Positions 25,821 through 32,000 of a DNA stretch of 32,000 nt are shown in pieces. The translations under genes and the position numbers were made by a program. The stretch comes from Pseudomonas aeruginosa (GTDB lineage Bacteria > Pseudomonadota > Gammaproteobacteria > Pseudomonadales > Pseudomonadaceae): contig NZ_LN831024.1 of assembly GCF_001457615.1 (NCBI RefSeq), positions 3,270,001-3,302,000 on the forward strand. The letters are read 5' to 3'. Position 1 is the stretch's first letter; each line of letters starts with the position of its first letter. The notes under the pieces were generated by a model. The model had not been told where the DNA came from. It was given only the letters and a program-made list of their open reading frames with translations, and searched no databases.

Positions 25821-27182
25821 TCAGGCTGCGCTCGCCTTACAATGCCCGGCCCTTGGACGTCCTATGCCCTGGTAGATGAAGCCCAGTTCCGCCATCCGCG
25901 CCGGTGCGTAGAGATTCCGACCGTCGACCAACAGGGGAGTTCGCATGGATCCACGGATTTTCTGGAAGTCCGGCTGGCGGAACTGTTTCCACTCGGTCAC
26001 CAGCACCAGGGCATCGGCGCCCTCGACGGCGGCGTAGGGCGAGTCGTGGAGCGTCAATCGGGCGCAGGCCACAGCTTCCGGATAGCGTGCCGCGACCCCG
26101 GCGTTGGCCACCGGATCATGGGCCCTGACCCGCACCCCGTGGCGCAGCAGCGCCTCCAGCAGGACCAGGCTCGGCGCCTCGCGCAGGTCGTCGGTACCCG
26201 GCTTGAAGGCCAGCCCCCAGAGCGCCACCGTGCGCCCTTGCCAGCGTCCCTGGAACAGCTCGCCGAGGGTCTCGAAGAGCAGCTCCTTCTGCCGCGCGTT
26301 GCGCGCTTCCACCGCACGCAGTATCTGGCTGTCGAAGCCCTGTTGCTCGGCGCTGCGGATCAGCGCGCGGACGTCCTTGGGAAAGCACGAGCCGCCGTAG
26401 CCGCAGCCGGCGTAGATGAAATGGGTACCGATGCGCTTGTCGCTACCCATGCCGCGGCGCACGTCCTCGATGTCGACGCCGGTGAGGGCGCACAGCCCGG
26501 CCATCTCGTTCATGAAGGAAATCTTGGTGGCGAGGAAGGCATTGGCCGCGTACTTGCTGAACTCGGCCTCGCGACGCCCCATCAGCAGGACCCGCTCGTG
26601 ATTGCGCAGGAACGGCGCGTAGAGCTGGCGCAGGGTTTCCCCGGCCTGCGTCTCGGCGCTGCCGATGATGACCCGGTCCGGGCGCCTGAAGTCGTCCACC
26701 GCCGAGCCTTCCTTGAGGAACTCCGGATTGCTCGCCACCGCCACCCGGAAGCGCTTGCGCCGGCGCGCCAGGCCCAGGCGGATGATCTCTTCGACCCGTT
26801 CGGCGGTGCCCACCGGCACGGTCGACTTGTTGACCACGATGCAGGCCTGGCGCAGTTGCGCGCCAAGTTGCTCGGCGACCGCCAGCACGTGGCTGAGGTC
26901 GGCCGAGCCGTCCTCGCCGCACGGCGTGCCGACGGCGATGAACACCACTTCGGCGTCGGCCAGGCCTTCCGCCAGGCTGGCGGTGAAGGTCAGGCGGGCG
27001 GCGTCCAGCTGATCGCGCAGGATGCTTTCCAGGCCCGGTTCGTAGATCGGCATCTCGCCGCGTCTCAGCCGCGCGACCCGCTCGCGGTCACGCTCCACGC
27101 AACGCACCTGGTTGCCCATCTCGGCGAAACAGGCCGCCGTCACCAGTCCCACATAGCCCGCACCAATCACGCATAGCCGCAT
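25821..27182 (-). CDS. ugd: UDP-glucose 6-dehydrogenase, 453 aa
   Basis: From ORF 25821..27233(-). ATG 27180-27182 has GGAGGA upstream. MRLCVIGAGYVGLVTAACFAEMGNQV is the Rossmann fold, and the catalytic-Cys block is GGSCFPKD. It ends 47 nt upstream of galU on the same strand. Confidence 0.92.
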   Translation of the reverse strand: MRLCVIGAGYVGLVTAACFAEMGNQVRCVERDRERVARLRRGEMPIYEPGLESILRDQLDAARLTFTASLAEGLADAEVVFIAVGTPCGEDGSADLSHVLAVAEQLGAQLRQACIVVNKSTVPVGTAERVEEIIRLGLARRRKRFRVAVASNPEFLKEGSAVDDFRRPDRVIIGSAETQAGETLRQLYAPFLRNHERVLLMGRREAEFSKYAANAFLATKISFMNEMAGLCALTGVDIEDVRRGMGSDKRIGTHFIYAGCGYGGSCFPKDVRALIRSAEQQGFDSQILRAVEARNARQKELLFETLGELFQGRWQGRTVALWGLAFKPGTDDLREAPSLVLLEALLRHGVRVRAHDPVANAGVAARYPEAVACARLTLHDSPYAAVEGADALVLVTEWKQFRQPDFQKIRGSMRTPLLVDGRNLYAPARMAELGFIYQGIGRPRAGHCKASAA

Positions 27183-27335
27183 GGCGTCGTCCTCCGCTGG
27201 CCTCGCCCTCTCTCTGCGGACGATTGCAGCCAAGCGCGGTGGCAGGCGCGTGACGCTGGCGTGAAGCTACCGTGACAGAACCCGCGCGGATGCCTGGGGT
27301 CCACCCAAGGTAGGCGGAAAAAACAGGAGGCTCCC

Positions 27336-27560
27336 ATGTCCATCGAAATCGATTCGGAACAAGGCGTCTGCAGCGTGGAGATCGAAGGCAGCCGGCATCG
27401 CGCGCCGGTCGACAGCCTGCGCATCGGTACCGACGCCGAGGCGCGCCTGTCGGTGCTCTACATCGACGGCAAGCGCCTGCACATCAGCGAGGAAGACGCC
27501 CAGCGGCTGGTGGTCGCCGGCGCCGAGGACCAGCGCAGGCACCTGATGGCGGACGATTGA
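27336..27560 (+). CDS. Small acidic hypothetical protein, 74 aa
   Basis: ORF 27336..27560(+). AGGAGG lies 5 nt upstream of the ATG. The sequence is non-repetitive (MSIEIDSEQGVCSVEIEGSRHRAPVDSLRIGTDAEARLSVLYIDGKRLHISEEDAQRLVVAG...). No family recognised. Confidence 0.7.
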   Translation: MSIEIDSEQGVCSVEIEGSRHRAPVDSLRIGTDAEARLSVLYIDGKRLHISEEDAQRLVVAGAEDQRRHLMADD

Positions 27561-27565
27561 CGCCC

Positions 27566-28198
27566 TCAGGCGTCCGCCAGCAACAGGTAGGGAGAACTGC
27601 GCAGGCTGTCGAGTCCGGCGCGAAACATGCGTTCGGCGCGGTTCCAGGGATCGTCGCGCAGGCGCTCGGTCCAGGCCAGGGTGCCGCAGATGCCGTCCCA
27701 GAGCGATTGCAGATAGATGCTGGCCAGCTCGACGTCCAGCCGCGCCGGCAGTTCGCCGCGCTCCACCGCCCGGCGGATCTGCCGGAGGCCGAAGCGTTGC
27801 CCCTGCTTCTCGAGCAGCTCGCGGCGGCGCAACAGCGGCTCGTTCTCGTCGCTGCGTTCGCACTTGAGGTAGAGGATCTCCAGCACCCGCTGCACCGAAC
27901 CGGGCTCGCAGCACTGGCGGAGAAAGCCCATGCCGGCGCGCAGGAGGATATCCAGCGCCGGCACCCTGGCGTTTTCGTCGGGTACCTCGATCTGGCCGAA
28001 GGCGCGGTCGCACATCGCCAGGCAGACCTCGATCTTGTTCTTGTAGTGGCCGTAGACCGCACCGCGAGAAACCCCGGCGGCGTCCGCCAGGTCGGCCATG
28101 GCAGTGGTGCCCACGCCCTTTTCCAGGAAAACCCGCTCGGCGGCATCGAGTATGCCGTCGCGGGTTTTCTGGGATTCCTCTTTGGTTTTCCTGGCCAC
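27566..28198 (-). CDS. mexZ: TetR-family repressor of mexXY, 210 aa
   Basis: ORF 27566..28198(-) with a GTG start (cac at 28196-28198). MARKTKEESQKTRDGILDAAERVFLEKGVGTTAMADLADAAGVSRGAVYGHYKNK is a TetR HTH. It is divergent from mexX, full-length and uninterrupted. Confidence 0.96.
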   Translation of the reverse strand: MARKTKEESQKTRDGILDAAERVFLEKGVGTTAMADLADAAGVSRGAVYGHYKNKIEVCLAMCDRAFGQIEVPDENARVPALDILLRAGMGFLRQCCEPGSVQRVLEILYLKCERSDENEPLLRRRELLEKQGQRFGLRQIRRAVERGELPARLDVELASIYLQSLWDGICGTLAWTERLRDDPWNRAERMFRAGLDSLRSSPYLLLADA

Positions 28199-28239
28199 TG
28201 AACGTCCTCACAAGGGAAAGGCGCCGCAGATCATAAGGA

Positions 28240-28300
28240 TATGTTACAGAAACGCCAATTAATTAATCACTCATGATTGATTATATGCTACTGTCGCGCC
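28240..28300. promoter_or_regulatory. AT-rich mexZ-mexX divergent promoter/operator region (candidate MexZ binding site)
   Basis: The only AT-rich patch in the 164-nt intergenic region is ccAATTAATTAATCACTCATGATTGATTATATGCta. It contains the palindrome ATTAATTAAT (28258-28267) and AATCA-ctca-TGATT (28265-28278). MexZ is known to bind an inverted repeat overlapping the mexXY promoter; the exact site here is my inference. Confidence 0.5.
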
Positions 28301-28362
28301 GCTCGTGAGTTGCGGTGCCCTTTCCCGGGCAAGCTCGCGAGTTCACGAATCGAGGGACACCC

Positions 28363-29553
28363 ATGCACATCCAATGGACCGGCTCGCTGCGCGGGCTGCT
28401 GGCGGCCCTGGTCGCCCTATTCCTGCTGGGCTGCGAAGAAGCAGCGGACGCCGGGAAGACTGCGGAGGCCCCCGCCGAGGTCGGCGTGATCGTCGCCAGG
28501 CCGGCGCCTATCGGCATCACCAGCGAGCTGCCCGGACGCCTGGAAGCGTACCGCCAGGCTGAAGTGCGGGCGCGCGTCGCCGGCATCGTCACCCGTCGCC
28601 TGTACGAGGAAGGCCAGGACGTCCGCGCCGGCACCGTGCTGTTCCAGATCGACCCTGCGCCCTTGAAGGCGGCCCTGGACATCAGCCGCGGCGCCCTGGC
28701 CCGGGCCGAGGCCAGCCACGCGGCGGCGGCCGACAAGCTCAAGCGCTACGCCGACCTGATCAAGGACCGCGCCATCAGCGAACGCGAGTACACCGAAGCG
28801 CAGACCGACGCGCGCCAGGCCCTGGCGCAGATCGCCTCGGCCAAGGCCGAACTGGAGCAGGCCCGCCTGCGCCTGGGCTACGCCACGGTCACCGCGCCGA
28901 TCGACGGCCGCGCGCGGCGTGCGCTGGTCACCGAAGGCGCGCTGGTCGGCGAGGACTCGCCGACACCGCTGACCCGCGTCGAGCAGATCGATCCGATCTA
29001 CGTGAACTTCTCCCAGCCGGCCGGCGAAGTCGCCGCCATGCAGCGGGCGATCCGCGAAGGCCAGGTGAAGGGTGTCGCCGACAAGGACATCGCCGTGCGC
29101 CTGGTCCTGGCCGACGGCAGCGAGTACCCGCTGGCCGGCGAGCTGCTGTTCTCCGACCTGGCGGTCGACCCCGGCACCGACACCATCGCCATGCGTGCCC
29201 TGTTCCGCAATCCGCATCGCGAATTGCTGCCCGGCGGCTACGTGCAGGTGCGCCTGCAGCGCGCGGTGAACCCGCAGGCGATCACCGTCCCGCGCGACGC
29301 GCTGATCCGTACCGCCCAGTCCGCCGTGGTCAAGGTGGTCAACCCACAGGGCGTGGTGGAAGACGTGGAGGTCCGCGCCGACACCCTGCAGGGCCGCGAC
29401 TGGATCATCAGCCGCGGGCTCAAGGGCGGCGAGCGTGTGATCGTCGAGAACGCCGCCCAGCATGCCGCCGGCTCCAGCGTCCAGGCGGTGGTCCGCCAGC
29501 CGGCCAGCGCCGACGCCCCCTCACCGCTGGCCGCCTCGCCGGCGGGCCAGTGA
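28363..29553 (+). CDS. mexX: RND efflux periplasmic adaptor (membrane fusion) lipoprotein MexX, 396 aa
   Basis: From ORF 28315..29553(+), whose first codon is GTG. ATG 28363 gives MHIQWTGSLRGLLAALVALFLLGCEE with lipobox LLGC (Cys24). HlyD/AcrA-type coiled-coil and beta-barrel regions follow. Confidence 0.95.
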   Translation: MHIQWTGSLRGLLAALVALFLLGCEEAADAGKTAEAPAEVGVIVARPAPIGITSELPGRLEAYRQAEVRARVAGIVTRRLYEEGQDVRAGTVLFQIDPAPLKAALDISRGALARAEASHAAAADKLKRYADLIKDRAISEREYTEAQTDARQALAQIASAKAELEQARLRLGYATVTAPIDGRARRALVTEGALVGEDSPTPLTRVEQIDPIYVNFSQPAGEVAAMQRAIREGQVKGVADKDIAVRLVLADGSEYPLAGELLFSDLAVDPGTDTIAMRALFRNPHRELLPGGYVQVRLQRAVNPQAITVPRDALIRTAQSAVVKVVNPQGVVEDVEVRADTLQGRDWIISRGLKGGERVIVENAAQHAAGSSVQAVVRQPASADAPSPLAASPAGQ

Positions 29554-29568
29554 CGGAGAACGCTACGA

Positions 29569-32000
29569 ATGGCTCGTTTCTTCATTGACCGGCCGGTCTT
29601 CGCCTGGGTGATCTCCCTGCTGATCGTGCTCGCCGGGGTCCTGGCGATCCGCTTCCTGCCGGTCGCCCAGTACCCGGACATCGCGCCGCCGGTGGTCAAC
29701 GTCAGCGCCAGCTATCCCGGCGCCTCGGCCAAGGTGGTCGAGGAAGCGGTGACCGCGATCATCGAGCGCGAGATGAACGGCGCGCCCGGCCTGCTCTACA
29801 CCAAGGCCACCAGCAGCACCGGCCAGGCCTCGCTGACCCTGACCTTCCGCCAGGGCGTGAACGCCGACCTCGCCGCGGTGGAAGTGCAGAACCGCCTGAA
29901 GATCGTCGAGTCGCGCCTGCCCGAATCGGTGCGGCGCGACGGCATCTACGTGGAGAAGGCGGCGGACAGCATCCAGCTGATCGTTACCCTTACCTCCTCC
30001 AGCGGCCGCTACGACGCCATGGAGCTGGGCGAGATCGCCTCGTCCAACGTGTTGCAGGCGCTGCGCCGGGTGGAGGGCGTGGGCAAGGTCGAGACCTGGG
30101 GCGCCGAGTACGCCATGCGCATCTGGCCCGACCCGGCCAAGCTGACCTCGATGAACCTCAGCGCCAGCGACCTGGTCAACGCCGTGCGCCGGCACAACGC
30201 CCGCCTCACCGTGGGCGACATCGGCAACCTCGGGGTCCCCGACTCGGCGCCGATCAGCGCCACGGTGAAGGTCGACGACACCCTGGTGACGCCCGAGCAG
30301 TTCGGCGAAATTCCGCTGCGCATCCGCGCCGACGGCGGCGCGATCCGCCTGCGCGACGTGGCCCGCGTCGAGTTCGGCCAGAGCGAGTACGGCTTCGTCT
30401 CGCGGGTCAACCAGATGACCGCCACCGGCCTGGCGGTGAAGATGGCGCCCGGCTCCAACGCGGTGGCCACCGCCAAGCGCATCCGCGCCACCCTCGACGA
30501 GCTGTCGCGCTACTTCCCGGAGGGCGTGAGCTACAACATCCCCTATGACACCTCGGCGTTCGTCGAGATCTCGATCAGGAAGGTGGTCAGCACCCTGCTC
30601 GAGGCGATGCTGCTGGTGTTCGCCGTGATGTACCTGTTCATGCAGAACTTCCGCGCCACCCTGATCCCGACACTGGTGGTGCCGGTGGCCCTGCTGGGCA
30701 CCTTCACGGTGATGCTCGGCCTGGGCTTCTCGATCAACGTGCTGACCATGTTCGGCATGGTCCTGGCGATCGGCATCCTGGTGGACGACGCGATCATCGT
30801 GGTGGAGAACGTCGAGCGGCTGATGGCCGAGGAAGGCCTGTCGCCGCACGACGCCACGGTCAAGGCGATGCGCCAGATCAGCGGGGCCATCGTCGGCATC
30901 ACCGTGGTGCTGGTCTCGGTGTTCGTGCCGATGGCGTTCTTCAGCGGCGCGGTGGGCAACATCTACCGCCAGTTCGCGGTGACCCTGGCGGTCTCCATCG
31001 GCTTCTCGGCGTTCCTCGCGCTGTCGCTGACCCCGGCCCTGTGCGCCACCCTGCTGCGCCCGATCGACGCCGACCACCATGAGAAGCGCGGCTTCTTCGG
31101 CTGGTTCAACCGCGCCTTCCTGCGCCTGACCGGACGCTACCGCAACGCGGTGGCCGGCATCCTCGCCCGGCCGATCCGCTGGATGCTGGTCTACGCCCTG
31201 GTCATCGGCGTGGTCGCCCTGCTCTTCGTGCGCCTGCCGCAGGCGTTCCTGCCGGAAGAGGACCAGGGCGACTTCATGATCATGGTGATGCAGCCCGAAG
31301 GCACGCCGATGGCGGAGACCATGGCCAACGTCGGCGACGTCGAGCGCTACCTGGCGGAGCACGAACCGGTGGCCTACGCCTATGCGGTCGGCGGCTTCAG
31401 CCTGTACGGCGACGGCACCAGCTCGGCGATGATCTTCGCCACCCTGAAGGACTGGTCGGAACGCCGGGAGGCCAGCCAGCACGTCGGCGCCATCGTCGAG
31501 CGCATCAACCAGCGCTTCGCCGGCCTGCCCAACCGTACGGTGTATGCGATGAACTCGCCGCCGCTGCCGGACCTGGGTTCCACCAGCGGCTTCGACTTCC
31601 GCCTGCAGGACCGTGGCGGGGTTGGCTACGAGGCCCTGGTCAAGGCCCGCGACCAGTTGCTGGCGCGCGCCGCCGAAGACCCGCGCCTGGCCAACGTGAT
31701 GTTCGCCGGCCAGGGCGAGGCGCCGCAGATCCGCCTGGACATCGACCGGCGCAAGGCGGAGACCCTCGGCGTGAGCATGGACGAGATCAACACCACCCTG
31801 GCGGTGATGTTCGGCTCGGACTACATCGGCGACTTCATGCACGGTAGCCAGGTGCGCAAGGTGGTGGTCCAGGCCGACGGCGCCAAGCGCCTGGGCATCG
31901 ACGACATCGGCCGGCTTCACGTGCGCAACGAGCAGGGCGAGATGGTGCCGCTGGCGACGTTCGCCAAGGCCGCCTGGACCCTCGGCCCGCCGCAACTGAC
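29569..32000 (+). CDS. mexY: RND multidrug/aminoglycoside efflux transporter MexY (partial, first 810 codons; continues beyond the window)
   Basis: Not in the ORF track because there is no stop in the window. ATG 29569 lies 15 nt after the mexX stop, with GGAGAA 8 nt upstream. My manual translation is open to base 32000: MARFFIDRPVFAWVISLLIVLAGVLAIRFLPVAQYPDIAPPVVNVSASYPGASAKVVEEAVT...GILVDDAIIVVENVERLM... (AcrB/HAE1 signature). Confidence 0.96.
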   Translation, partial: MARFFIDRPVFAWVISLLIVLAGVLAIRFLPVAQYPDIAPPVVNVSASYPGASAKVVEEAVTAIIEREMNGAPGLLYTKATSSTGQASLTLTFRQGVNADLAAVEVQNRLKIVESRLPESVRRDGIYVEKAADSIQLIVTLTSSSGRYDAMELGEIASSNVLQALRRVEGVGKVETWGAEYAMRIWPDPAKLTSMNLSASDLVNAVRRHNARLTVGDIGNLGVPDSAPISATVKVDDTLVTPEQFGEIPLRIRADGGAIRLRDVARVEFGQSEYGFVSRVNQMTATGLAVKMAPGSNAVATAKRIRATLDELSRYFPEGVSYNIPYDTSAFVEISIRKVVSTLLEAMLLVFAVMYLFMQNFRATLIPTLVVPVALLGTFTVMLGLGFSINVLTMFGMVLAIGILVDDAIIVVENVERLMAEEGLSPHDATVKAMRQISGAIVGITVVLVSVFVPMAFFSGAVGNIYRQFAVTLAVSIGFSAFLALSLTPALCATLLRPIDADHHEKRGFFGWFNRAFLRLTGRYRNAVAGILARPIRWMLVYALVIGVVALLFVRLPQAFLPEEDQGDFMIMVMQPEGTPMAETMANVGDVERYLAEHEPVAYAYAVGGFSLYGDGTSSAMIFATLKDWSERREASQHVGAIVERINQRFAGLPNRTVYAMNSPPLPDLGSTSGFDFRLQDRGGVGYEALVKARDQLLARAAEDPRLANVMFAGQGEAPQIRLDIDRRKAETLGVSMDEINTTLAVMFGSDYIGDFMHGSQVRKVVVQADGAKRLGIDDIGRLHVRNEQGEMVPLATFAKAAWTLGPPQL

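Noticed and set aside
1-32000. Search by eye for tRNA/rRNA genes, CRISPR repeats, IS elements or terminal inverted repeats, integrase or phage genes, toxin-antitoxin pairs and known defence-system signatures
   Set aside because: None seen. All intergenic gaps are under 600 bp, there are no periodic repeat-spacer patterns, and there are no transposase, recombinase or nuclease-like ORFs. A covariance-model or HMM scan would be needed to fully exclude small RNAs.

Overview
GC-rich chromosomal segment that I recognise as Pseudomonas aeruginosa core genome. From memory it is collinear, in reverse-complement orientation, with the PAO1 map from about PA2049 down to PA2018; locus tags are recollection, not verified. 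I call 31 protein-coding genes, 2 of them cut by the window edges, with almost no unassigned space. Left to right: an unidentified 3' gene end; an ABM-fold protein divergent from an AraC regulator (cmrA); a same-strand trio of a signal-peptide protein with an HExxH motif, a YidD-family protein and a DUF3857/transglutaminase-like protein; an RluA-family pseudouridine synthase; sstT; a permease-pauA4 polyamine operon; azlCD; a ~1.15 kb low-GC islet carrying one orphan SAM methyltransferase; a TPP enzyme; a translationally coupled siderophore-interacting-protein/methyltransferase pair; a MocR-type regulator divergent from a coupled DUF1127/zinc-ribbon membrane pair; an Lrp-wHTH pair; an ACT-like hypothetical; a BASS transporter; gor; a VOC protein; ugd-galU; a small acidic ORF; and the mexZ-mexXY aminoglycoside efflux locus. 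mexY runs off the right edge and is therefore missing from the ORF track, which lists its 810-aa antisense shadow instead. I found no rRNA, tRNA, CRISPR array, IS element, integrase or phage gene. I see no compelling evidence for a wholly new multi-gene system. The best leads are the uncharacterised exported trio downstream of cmrA, the low-GC methyltransferase islet, the DUF1127/zinc-ribbon pair beside the MocR regulator, and three unusually long intergenic regions (about 580, 486 and 553 bp) that may hide small ORFs or RNAs. Most long ORFs in the track are antisense or out-of-frame artefacts of the high GC content.
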